This document shows positions 49,679 through 58,259 of a stretch of DNA of 64,000 bases, in pieces. The position numbers were made by a program, and so were the translations under genes. The stretch lies in NCBI GenBank assembly GCA_947501605.1, contig CANMWZ010000017.1, forward strand, positions 1-64,000. Reading direction: 5' to 3'. The notes under the pieces are model-generated. The model ran no database searches. It was not told where the DNA came from and saw only the letters and a list, made by a program, of their open reading frames with translations. Within the stretch, counting starts at the first letter, position 1. Each line of letters opens with the position of its first letter. This DNA comes from Planctomycetota bacterium (GTDB taxonomy: Bacteria; Planctomycetota; UBA1135; UBA2386).

Positions 49679-50286
49679 CGGTCTCCTCCGCGGGAAGGCG
49701 AGTGTTCTGGGTGCAAGCGGAGCAGCGCTTCTTTGAAACGCTGACGCGCGCGGAACAGGCGCGACTCGACGGTACCCAGCTGGATGCCGAGCACGCGAGC
49801 GATGTCGGTATAGGACAGGTCCTCGTATTCGCGCAGGACGAGGATGGTGCGGTACTTCTCGGGCAGCTTGTCGAGGATCCTGCGAGTGACCTCAGCCAGC
49901 TCCCGCTGCATCAGGGGGGCGCTGACATCGACAGCCTCGGTGCGCGGCTTGCCGGTGTCGAGCACCGCATCGTCCTCGACCAGATGCAGGCGGCGCCGCG
50001 AGCGGCGCGCGAGGTGGTCGGTCGCGGTGTTGACGGCAATGCGATACAGCCAGGTGAAGAACTGCGAGTCGTGTTGGAACGTGTGCAGTTTGCGGAAGAC
50101 CTTGAGAAACACTTCCTGCGCGAGGTCTTCGCACTCCATCGCATCGCGGGTGTAGCGCGACAGCAACCGGAAGATCCGGTCCTGGTAGCGCTGCATCAAC
50201 TCCTCGAAGGCCGCTTCGCTGCCGCCCAGGAAGGCCGAGATCAGTTCCGGGTCACTAGCTTGCACGGTTCTCGCGAGGGCTTGCAC
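49675..50286 (-). CDS. ECF sigma-70 factor (RpoE-like)
   Basis: AFEELM-x-RY, EDLAQEVFLK, FFTWLYRIAVN, LSY-x-DIA-x2-L...GTVESRLFRAR. Confidence 0.95.
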   Translation of the reverse strand: MQALARTVQASDPELISAFLGGSEAAFEELMQRYQDRIFRLLSRYTRDAMECEDLAQEVFLKVFRKLHTFQHDSQFFTWLYRIAVNTATDHLARRSRRRLHLVEDDAVLDTGKPRTEAVDVSAPLMQRELAEVTRRILDKLPEKYRTILVLREYEDLSYTDIARVLGIQLGTVESRLFRARQRFKEALLRLHPEHSPSRGGDR

Positions 50287-50371
50287 GGCGCCCTTGGAGG
50301 GCGAGCTCGGACGAAACTTCCCGGCGAGGCAAGGGAGTCTTGCAGCGGCAGCAAGTCACCTGCAGCACGGC

Positions 50372-51604
50372 CTACTCGGGATTCCCGAGGCTGTGACCCA
50401 TCTTGTCCCGCTTGGTATCCAAGTACTTCTGATTGTGTGGGTTAGGCTCGATTCGAAGCGACTCCTGACCATCGATCTCGAGCCCATAGCCCTGCAGGCC
50501 CGCGAGCTTCTTGGGGTTGTTGGTCAGGACCCTGAGCCGGCGCAGGCCGAGATCATGCAGGATCTGCGCGCCAGTCCCGAACTCGCGTTCGTCCGGACGG
50601 AAACCAAGGTGGGCGTTGGCTTCGACCGTGTCCATCCCACCATCTTGGAGGGCATAGGCCTTCAGCTTGTTGGCGAGCCCGATGCCACGGCCCTCCTGGC
50701 TGATGTACAGCAGCACCCCTCGGCCCGCAGCCTGTACGCGCCGCATCGCTTCATGAAGTTGTGGCCCGCAATCGCAGCGCAGCGAACCAAACACGTCGCC
50801 GGTCAGACACTGGGAATGCACTCGGACGAGCACCGGCTCCTCGATCGGCGGGAAGCGACCGTGAGCGCTTGGCGCCTCGATGCCAACGGTCAGTGCGACG
50901 TGGACGCGGCCGTCCACCTTGCTCACGTAGGTGTGGCTGTCGAAGTAGCCGTAATCGGTGGGCATGCGTGCGGTCGCGACTCGCTCGATCAGGCGCTCGC
51001 GGCGGCGGCGATACTCGACGAGATCGGCGATACAGGCCATCTTGACGCCAAGGCGCTCGCAGAACTCGATGAGCTCGGGCACGCGCGCCATCTCACCGTC
51101 ATCCTTGATGATCTCGCAGATCACCCCAGCAGGCCGGAGGCCCGCCAAGCGACAGAGATCGACGATTCCCTCCGTCTGACCCGCCCTCACCAGGACCCCA
51201 CCGTCCCGCGCGCGCAGCGGCGCGATGTGGCCCGGGCGAACGAGGTCGTGCGCCGTCGCCTCCGGCTTGACCGCCGCAAGAATCGTCGTGGCGCGGTCCT
51301 TCGCAGAAATCCCGGTGGTGACGCCCTCGCGGGCCTCGATGGTGACCGTAAAGGCCGTGCCGAAACGCGATTGGTTCTCGGGCACCTGCATGTGCAAGCC
51401 GAGCGTGTCGCACAACTCCGCCGACATCGCCAAGCAGACCCAACCGCGACACTCCTTGATCATCAGGTTGACGAGTTCGGGGGTGGCGAACTCAGCGGCG
51501 AAGCAGAGGTCGCCCTCGTTCTCCCGGTCCGGATCGTCGACTAAGACGATCGGTCGCCCGGCTTTGAGGTCTTCGAGGACTTCGGCAATCGGTACAAAGG
51601 TCAT
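50372..51604 (-). CDS. ribBA: bifunctional 3,4-dihydroxy-2-butanone-4-phosphate synthase / GTP cyclohydrolase II
   Basis: VDDPDRENEGD, TGISAKDR, RPGH, RAGQTE; VRVHSQCLTGD-x2-GS-x-RCDCG, QEGRGIGL, LTNNP-x-K. Confidence 0.97.
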   Translation of the reverse strand: MTFVPIAEVLEDLKAGRPIVLVDDPDRENEGDLCFAAEFATPELVNLMIKECRGWVCLAMSAELCDTLGLHMQVPENQSRFGTAFTVTIEAREGVTTGISAKDRATTILAAVKPEATAHDLVRPGHIAPLRARDGGVLVRAGQTEGIVDLCRLAGLRPAGVICEIIKDDGEMARVPELIEFCERLGVKMACIADLVEYRRRRERLIERVATARMPTDYGYFDSHTYVSKVDGRVHVALTVGIEAPSAHGRFPPIEEPVLVRVHSQCLTGDVFGSLRCDCGPQLHEAMRRVQAAGRGVLLYISQEGRGIGLANKLKAYALQDGGMDTVEANAHLGFRPDEREFGTGAQILHDLGLRRLRVLTNNPKKLAGLQGYGLEIDGQESLRIEPNPHNQKYLDTKRDKMGHSLGNPE

Positions 51605-51916
51605 GGGAAGGGGCGGGGAGTCTACGCCGTGGCGACCGCGCGCGGACGCCGCAAGTCGTTGGCATCGGCGAGCCGATCCCACCAGAACCAGCGGCACCCC
51701 CACCCGGCGGGTGTGAACAGAAACCCCACAGTCGACGACCGAGTGGTGAATTCGTGGGCAGTGAGGCGGTTTTCGACGATGCGGATCCGTCGGTCGCATG
51801 GGAGCCATAAGTCGTTGTAGTTGCTTGCGTTGTTTTTGCTTCAGCGCGCGCGGGAGGGTCGCCGAACCAAGGCGAGCAACGGGGCGGAATACGACAGTGA
51901 CGGAGATGCAACGCGG

Positions 51917-53089
51917 ATGAAGCGCACCTTGGTAGAGGTTTCCATCGGTCTGGCAGGACTGGTTGTCATGGTCTCCATGCACCAGCAGATCACTCGGATC
52001 GACGGCCGGACCCAGGAGGTCCTGGATCTGCGGGAGCAGGTCCAATCGGCAGTCGCCAAGGTGACTGACACGGCCGCCGACAGTCGGCGCAACGACGAAC
52101 TCGGGGCGATGCACCAACGACTACAGAGCCTGCAGGAGCAACTGCTCAAGGCCGAGTCTGGCTCAGTGCTCGCCGTTCACCTCCAGGACGAGTTGCAGCG
52201 CGCCAAGAGTGACGCGTCGCTGCTCAAGAGCCAACTCTCCACCGATGTCGAGCGGACCAAGCAACTGGTCGATGCCTACATCAGCGAGTCGCGGGCCAAG
52301 GAGCGGGACGCCGCAGTGCAGATGTCCAACACACAGGGCGCCATCGCGGCGCTCGCCGGCCAACTCCATCGCGATACCGGTGCACTGACCCGCAGCATGC
52401 TGCTGCCAACCGTGCAGCTGAATGGCGACGACACGGTCGGGTCGGGCACACTGGTTTGGTCGGGCACCAACCAGAAGAGCGGCGAAGTCGAGTCGTATGT
52501 CCTGACCTCCTATCACGTCGTGCGCAACATCCTCGCGGACACGCCGCGCGCCGCGAAGGAGGGGTTCCAGGTGACGGTCTACCTCGACGGCGAAAAGGTC
52601 GATGTCAAGGGCAAGATGGTCTCGAGCCAGCCCAAGATCGACGCCGCGCTCGTGCAGTTGATGACCAGTCGCCAGTTTCCCAACGTCGCCAACGTGCTGC
52701 CGCGCATGCAGGCAGCGGAGGTGAGGGTCTGGGATCCGGTCTGCGCCGTCGGGTGCCCGCTCGGCAACGATCCCGTCCCGACCCAGGGCGAGGTCAGTTC
52801 ACTGCACAACGATCTCAACGGCTCGAACTACTGGATGATCAACGCGCCGACCTACTTCGGCAACAGCGGCGGCGGGGTCTACCGCGCCGACACGCATCAG
52901 CTCATCGGGGTGTTCAGCAAGATCTACACGCACGGCAAGGGCAGCCCGGTCGTGATCCCGCACATGGGGCTCTGCACGCCGATCGATGAGATCTACACGT
53001 GGCTGCATGAGGCAAATCTCGAGCACCTGCTGCAATGCCAGCCAGTGGCGACCGTCGACTTCTCGCAACTCGCCGCGCCGGTCAAGTGA
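51917..53089 (+). CDS. membrane-anchored trypsin-like serine protease with coiled-coil stalk
   Basis: N-terminal TM, coiled coil, GSG, LTSYHVV, DAALV, GNSGGG. Confidence 0.9.
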   Translation: MKRTLVEVSIGLAGLVVMVSMHQQITRIDGRTQEVLDLREQVQSAVAKVTDTAADSRRNDELGAMHQRLQSLQEQLLKAESGSVLAVHLQDELQRAKSDASLLKSQLSTDVERTKQLVDAYISESRAKERDAAVQMSNTQGAIAALAGQLHRDTGALTRSMLLPTVQLNGDDTVGSGTLVWSGTNQKSGEVESYVLTSYHVVRNILADTPRAAKEGFQVTVYLDGEKVDVKGKMVSSQPKIDAALVQLMTSRQFPNVANVLPRMQAAEVRVWDPVCAVGCPLGNDPVPTQGEVSSLHNDLNGSNYWMINAPTYFGNSGGGVYRADTHQLIGVFSKIYTHGKGSPVVIPHMGLCTPIDEIYTWLHEANLEHLLQCQPVATVDFSQLAAPVK

Positions 53090-54497
53090 CCGGCTCGCTC
53101 GGAGCGCGCGTGCGTCGTGCGCCCCGCTCGCGGCGCGCCAGGATGCGCTGCACTTGGCGCTGTTTGCCGTCGTCGAACCGATAGCGCACCAACACCACAG
53201 CGGCGGCGGCGAACCACACGCCTACGCCGGGTCCGAACAGCAACGCGAGAGCCGTGCGCGCTGTGTCCGTCTGCGGCTGGTTGGGCACGAAACCCACCGC
53301 GTCGAGGAGCCACCCAGTTCCACCGATCGCAACACCGCGAGCGATCTTTGCTGTGAACCGCCAGACGCCGAAGTAGACACCCGGCCGGCGCGCGCGCGAC
53401 CTCACAGTGTCGAAGTCGATCACGTCGGTGACCAACGAGTCGATGAGCACGATGCAGCCGAGGAGCGACCCGAGGCCGATGGAGCTCAAGGTCATCGGCC
53501 AGAGCAGGTTGCCAGGCGGCAGCAGTGGATAGACGGCGCTGGTGCCAAGCCCCAGAAGCAACGAGCCCCACGCGACCGGCTTCGACTTGCCAAAGCGCCG
53601 TCCGAGCCACACCCACAGCAGGATCGACAGCGTGAACACGAACAGCGCCACCGCGATCAGACCTTGCGCACTGCTGTCGTCGAGTTCGAGGCAATAGCGG
53701 TAGTAGAACAGCGCTGCCGCCGAGTTGGCGCCAATGCCGACGGTCGCTAACACGGACGCGATCAGCAGCGGGCGGAACGCAGGATTGGCGAAGGCCTCGC
53801 GAACCTGCTGGAAGAACGGATGGTCGCTCGGCGGCGCGAATCGGAACCTGACGTTGCGAGTCGCGAAGAACGTGACCAGCGACGATGCCGCGACCACGCC
53901 GGCGATGACGACCGCGAACGGCCCCATTACTGCGACGACCCGATCGACTTCACCATCAAGGAACAGCTGCGGCAGGCCTGCAGCCAGGATCGCGCCGACG
54001 TTCATGCACACGAAGCGCCAGCCGAACAACACCGAGCGTTCGTGCGGTATCTCCGTCATCTCGGTCGCCATCGAGACGTGCGGGATGTTGATGATCGTGA
54101 GCCCGGTGTTGAGGAAGCAGAACGCAAACGTGAGCCAGGAGAAGGCCGCGAACTGAGTGTTGAGCTCTGGGGGCACGAACAGGAGTACGACGCCGACCGC
54201 AGACAGCAGCCCACCGCTCCAGACGAACATCCGACGCCCGTGCGTCGGAGCAAGACGGTCCGAGATGGCACCCATCACCGGGTCGGTGATTGCGTCCCAA
54301 ACGAGGCCGACACCCAGAGCCAGACCTGCAAGCGATGGCGAGAGTCCAACGCGATCGGTGTAGAAGATCAGGAGATACAGTCGGATCGCGAGTTCGATGC
54401 CGTTGACGCCGACGTCAGCCGCCGCATAGCCAATCTGAACCCGCCGCCGCAGCCGCGCCCTGGTCTCACCTGCTGCGTCCTCGTCGCGGAGATTCAC
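53082..54497 (-). CDS. MFS transporter, GPH (MelB-like) family
   Basis: WDAITDPVMGAISDR...GRR motif, ~12 TM helices, G-x-YFG. Confidence 0.92.
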   Translation of the reverse strand: MNLRDEDAAGETRARLRRRVQIGYAAADVGVNGIELAIRLYLLIFYTDRVGLSPSLAGLALGVGLVWDAITDPVMGAISDRLAPTHGRRMFVWSGGLLSAVGVVLLFVPPELNTQFAAFSWLTFAFCFLNTGLTIINIPHVSMATEMTEIPHERSVLFGWRFVCMNVGAILAAGLPQLFLDGEVDRVVAVMGPFAVVIAGVVAASSLVTFFATRNVRFRFAPPSDHPFFQQVREAFANPAFRPLLIASVLATVGIGANSAAALFYYRYCLELDDSSAQGLIAVALFVFTLSILLWVWLGRRFGKSKPVAWGSLLLGLGTSAVYPLLPPGNLLWPMTLSSIGLGSLLGCIVLIDSLVTDVIDFDTVRSRARRPGVYFGVWRFTAKIARGVAIGGTGWLLDAVGFVPNQPQTDTARTALALLFGPGVGVWFAAAAVVLVRYRFDDGKQRQVQRILARRERGARRTRAPSEPVT

Positions 54498-55093
54498 CGA
54501 CGCTCCGGGGTCTGCCGTTCCGCTGGTCGACAGTTCATCGCGCCCTGCTCAGGCACGAACACGCCCGGCCGCCGTGCACAGATGCGCTGACGCATCGCGA
54601 GCGGGGGTTCGCCATCAGGCCCCTCCTCGAACGCCAGCACTTCGAGTTCGCCACGAACAACTTCGCGCAGCTCGCCTGGCAACAGCAGATACGCCGGATT
54701 GCTCGGCCGCCCGAACTGCTCCTGGCCGCGAAGGAACGTCTCGTAGACCAGCAGACCACCCACAGCAACGCTGCGGAGGATCGTCGGCAGTAGTGGCCGC
54801 CACAGGTAGTTGGTGGCGATCACACCGGCGAACGTGCGGCCCGCCCAAGGCCAAGGCGAGTTTTCGAGATCGGTCGTGACCACTTCGATGCCGCACTCTG
54901 CCTCTGCTGCCGCCAGCGCTGTGATGGCAGTGGTATCGCGATCGACTGCCACAACACGACGGCCGTTGGCGCGAAGAAGTGCGACGTGCCGCCCATTGCC
55001 GCAAGCGACATCCAGAACGGCTCCGCCGAACGGGATTGCCGACAGCCAGCGCACGACCCAGGGTGACGGCGAGTGGCCCCCCGGAACGATCAC
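54494..55093 (-). CDS. class I SAM-dependent methyltransferase
   Basis: VLDVACGNGRH, DLE, NYLWRP, GGLLVYETF, LLPGEL. Confidence 0.88.
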   Translation of the reverse strand: MIVPGGHSPSPWVVRWLSAIPFGGAVLDVACGNGRHVALLRANGRRVVAVDRDTTAITALAAAEAECGIEVVTTDLENSPWPWAGRTFAGVIATNYLWRPLLPTILRSVAVGGLLVYETFLRGQEQFGRPSNPAYLLLPGELREVVRGELEVLAFEEGPDGEPPLAMRQRICARRPGVFVPEQGAMNCRPAERQTPERR

Positions 55094-56910
55094 TCGCCAA
55101 TCTGCTGGCGAAGGCGCAGCAGCTCGTGATCTGCGGCGTCGAGTCCAAGACCGCGATCGATGCTCTCACGTGCGTCCTTCGGACGTCCTAGGGCAATCAA
55201 GATCTGCGCCCGAGTGAGGTGCAACTGCACGCCGTCGTCGCGCGAGGCGAGCGCTTCATCGATCAGCTCGAGCGCGCGTTTCTGGTTGCCGCGCTCGGCG
55301 AACACCACGGCCATGTGATGCAAGACCTCTGGCTGATCTGGCGACAAGCGGCGAGCGGCGTCGAGCATGTCGAGCGAAGACCCGGTCTCGCCAAGGCGCT
55401 GATGGGCAATGCCAGCGTAGTAAAAGGCCGGCCAGAACGTCGGCTGCAGGTCGACGAACAGCGCGAACTCGACGAGGCACTCGCGCGGCTTCTTGTGGCG
55501 AAGCGCCTGCTCTGCGGCCTTCGCAAACCGCCGGTCGAAGTCCGGCAGCTCCATTCCGAGCAACGCACGGGCAACGTGGTCGCGCGTGTCGCCAGTGAGC
55601 GTCCCGGTACCGATTGCCATCGCCAGTTCTTCCCGTGCCGCATCGCGCTCGTCGCACGCGAGCAGACACAGCCCGAGCGAGGCCTTGCTGTCACCATCGA
55701 GCATGAGCCGCAAGTCGAGCAGGCACTCGTGCACGTCGTCTGGCACCGCGCGTTGAGCCATGTGCTCGTGGACGTACATCAGCAGCACACCGGCGCCGCG
55801 ATCCTCATCATCCCATTCGCTTGCCCGAGCGACGCGTTCGCGCAATCGCCGCAGCCCGCGCACGACGAGGTCCCAGGCGTCGAGCTCGCGCCCTTCGGCA
55901 AACGCAAGACGCGCGAGGTGCCCGAAGAAGTCCGGGTGCCCGTCGAGCTGGAGCCCGCGCATCCACAACTCGCGCGCCGCGACGGTTCTGCCACTGTGCG
56001 CAAAGAGAATGCCCAGATTCTCCAAGCCGCGCGACGGCGGCGGATCGAGGTGCGTCGCGTGCTCGAGCCAGGCCATCGCGCGCGCATCATCGCCAAGTTC
56101 GCGAAGGTGGTCCGCCACCGCAACACATCCCTCACCATCGCCCGGCTGGATCGAGTAGCAGGTGTCGAGGAAGCGCCGCGCGGCCTCGGCGTCGATACAG
56201 CCCTCGTCGACCGCGAGCGCGACCGTCGTGTGCGCCACCCGCAATGCGAGCCCGAACTTAGGATCGAGAGTCAGTGCATCGGAGAACGGCTGCAGCAGCG
56301 CTTCGCGGTTCTCCGGCAAGTCGATCTGCAGATCGCCACTGAGCAGCATCGCGTTGTCCAACGCGCGCAAGAACAGGAAGAATGCGTCGCCGTTCGCGGT
56401 CAGCGTGCCCTTGGGCGGCTCCTGGTACGGCAGCTCGAGGATGCGCGCGAGGCGACGGGTCAGCTGCAACAGATCAACAACTGGGTAGTCGCGGCGCAGC
56501 ACGCCGCCCACCTTGTTGACGAAACGCTCATCGCTGTCTTCTGCGAAGTAGACGTGGAACTCGACCCGGAACCCGTCCGGCACCGGAAGCACTTCCCCTG
56601 TGACGATCGCACGGACTTCGGCTTCGACTGGCAACAGCGAGAACGCTTCGTCCGGATCGGGAGGCATGTCCATCACCACCCACAACACCGGCCCCTCCTC
56701 AGGCGGCGTCTGCACTTCGAGCATGCCGGTCGGGCCGATTTGCCCTCGGTTCAACACTCGATGCACGAAATCCGGGATGCGCCGGGCCAAGACGCCAGAG
56801 TCGAGGTCGCCGAATCCGAGCTCTTCGGGCACGGCAAGCGGCAGCATCATGACCTCGGGCATCATCTCTCCGTCCGGTTCGTCGCCCGGCTCGTGCTCAT
56901 GATGCGTCAT
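55090..56910 (-). CDS. tetratricopeptide repeat protein
   Basis: multiple TPR-like helical repeats (ENLGILF...A, YYAGIA...LG, A-x3-ID-x-AL); acidic N-terminal alpha/beta domain. Confidence 0.8.
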   Translation of the reverse strand: MTHHEHEPGDEPDGEMMPEVMMLPLAVPEELGFGDLDSGVLARRIPDFVHRVLNRGQIGPTGMLEVQTPPEEGPVLWVVMDMPPDPDEAFSLLPVEAEVRAIVTGEVLPVPDGFRVEFHVYFAEDSDERFVNKVGGVLRRDYPVVDLLQLTRRLARILELPYQEPPKGTLTANGDAFFLFLRALDNAMLLSGDLQIDLPENREALLQPFSDALTLDPKFGLALRVAHTTVALAVDEGCIDAEAARRFLDTCYSIQPGDGEGCVAVADHLRELGDDARAMAWLEHATHLDPPPSRGLENLGILFAHSGRTVAARELWMRGLQLDGHPDFFGHLARLAFAEGRELDAWDLVVRGLRRLRERVARASEWDDEDRGAGVLLMYVHEHMAQRAVPDDVHECLLDLRLMLDGDSKASLGLCLLACDERDAAREELAMAIGTGTLTGDTRDHVARALLGMELPDFDRRFAKAAEQALRHKKPRECLVEFALFVDLQPTFWPAFYYAGIAHQRLGETGSSLDMLDAARRLSPDQPEVLHHMAVVFAERGNQKRALELIDEALASRDDGVQLHLTRAQILIALGRPKDARESIDRGLGLDAADHELLRLRQQIGE

Positions 56911-56926
56911 GCTCGTTCGAGGCCTC

Positions 56927-57280
56927 TCATCCTGGCGGCCATCCGAGCGAGCGACCCGCCAAGACGTGCACGTGGAGGTGAAAAACCGACTGACCGGCCT
57001 CGCTGCCGTTGTTGATCACGACTCGGAAGCCGTCGTTGGCGATGCCCTGCTTCCGCGCGACTTCGGCGGCCGCCCACAGCAGGTGCCCGAGGACCGCCTT
57101 GTCGCTCTCGTCGGCATCGGCGAGGCACGCAATCTTGCGCTTGCAGATCACGAGGAAGTGAACAGGGGCCTTCGGCGCCGCATCGGCGAACGCCAGACAG
57201 AGATGATCCTCGTGCAGCAACAGCGCCGGGATCTCGCGTCGCAGGATGCGCGCGAAGACGTTGGAATCGTCGTAGTTCAC
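56927..57280 (-). CDS. histidine triad (HIT/HinT) nucleotide-binding protein
   Basis: F-x-RI-x2-REIPA, PKAPVHFLVI, GFRVVINNG-x2-AGQSVFHLHVH-x-LAGR. Confidence 0.95.
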   Translation of the reverse strand: MNYDDSNVFARILRREIPALLLHEDHLCLAFADAAPKAPVHFLVICKRKIACLADADESDKAVLGHLLWAAAEVARKQGIANDGFRVVINNGSEAGQSVFHLHVHVLAGRSLGWPPG

Positions 57281-57495
57281 CGGAGGTGGTAGGTCGCGCT
57301 GCCGGTCCGCCAACCGCACGAGGGGACGAACTCTAGAGCGACCTGCCGCTGCGGCTCAAGACTGAGTTCAAGGTTGCGGAACCCGCTCGACCGGAACCGG
57401 ATCGACCTTGGAGTAGTCTCGGCGATCCACAACCGTCGCGGGCGCGCCCTGCGCTCTTTCGCAAGTTCGCGCTCTCTGGCTATGGTGCAACGCTC

Positions 57496-58176
57496 GTGAA
57501 CCCGCCTAGCCATCCCCGCGCCCTCACCGTCGCCATCGTGGGCGGCACAGGTAGCGGAAAAACGACTCTGGCGCGGGCACTGGCCGGCGCACTGGGCGAC
57601 CGCTGCGCAGTCCTCGACCACGACTCTTACTACCGCGATCTGTCGCACCTGCCTCCGGCCGAACGCGCGGCGGTCAATTTCGACCACCCGGACGCGCTGG
57701 AGAACGCACTGCTGATTCAGCACCTGCACCGCCTGCGGGCTGGGCGCACGATCGAGAAACCGCACTACTGCTTTTCAACGCACACGCGCCTACCAGAAGT
57801 CGAACGCGTCGCACCGCGGCCCGTCATGCTGGTCGAGGGCATCCTGCTGATGGCGCTACCTGAGTTGCGCTCCGCCTTCGACCTGCGCGTGTTCGTCGAC
57901 GCCGACGACGACGTGCGCGCCCTGCGACGCCTCCGCCGCGACATCCGCGAGCGAGACCGGACGATCGAAAGCGTCTGCGCGCAATGGCTGGCTACGGTGC
58001 GTCCGATGCACAAGCGCTACGTCGCCCCGGCCCGCCATCTCGCGGATCTCGTGGTCTCGGGTGAAGACCCCATCGAGCGATCGATGCGGAGCGTGCTGGA
58101 GCAACTCAAGAAGGTGGAGGCCAGGCCAAGGCCCGATTCCGCAAGCTCGACGCTTCTGGGCGAATTCGGCGCCTGA
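57496..58176 (+). CDS. udk: uridine kinase
   Basis: GGTGSGKTT, DSYYRD, NFDHPDA, VEGIL, RR-x2-RD-x2-ER, VRPMH. Confidence 0.93.
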   Translation: MNPPSHPRALTVAIVGGTGSGKTTLARALAGALGDRCAVLDHDSYYRDLSHLPPAERAAVNFDHPDALENALLIQHLHRLRAGRTIEKPHYCFSTHTRLPEVERVAPRPVMLVEGILLMALPELRSAFDLRVFVDADDDVRALRRLRRDIRERDRTIESVCAQWLATVRPMHKRYVAPARHLADLVVSGEDPIERSMRSVLEQLKKVEARPRPDSASSTLLGEFGA

Positions 58177-58259
58177 ACGGCGGGGCGTTGCCGCGGAGTC
58201 GCCCGGTGGGCGCTGCGGACCCGACACGCCCGAGCCACCAGAAGTGTCGGGGGACCCTT

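Noticed and set aside
50800..50830. HSQC instead of HSEC in GTP cyclohydrolase II
   Set aside because: All three Zn-binding Cys and the other motifs are intact; as far as I know this variant occurs in ordinary RibBA proteins.
51605..51916. FMN riboswitch upstream of ribBA
   Set aside because: Conserved RFN strings (AGGGCGGGG...AATTCCCGACCGGCGG) are not present on the coding strand.
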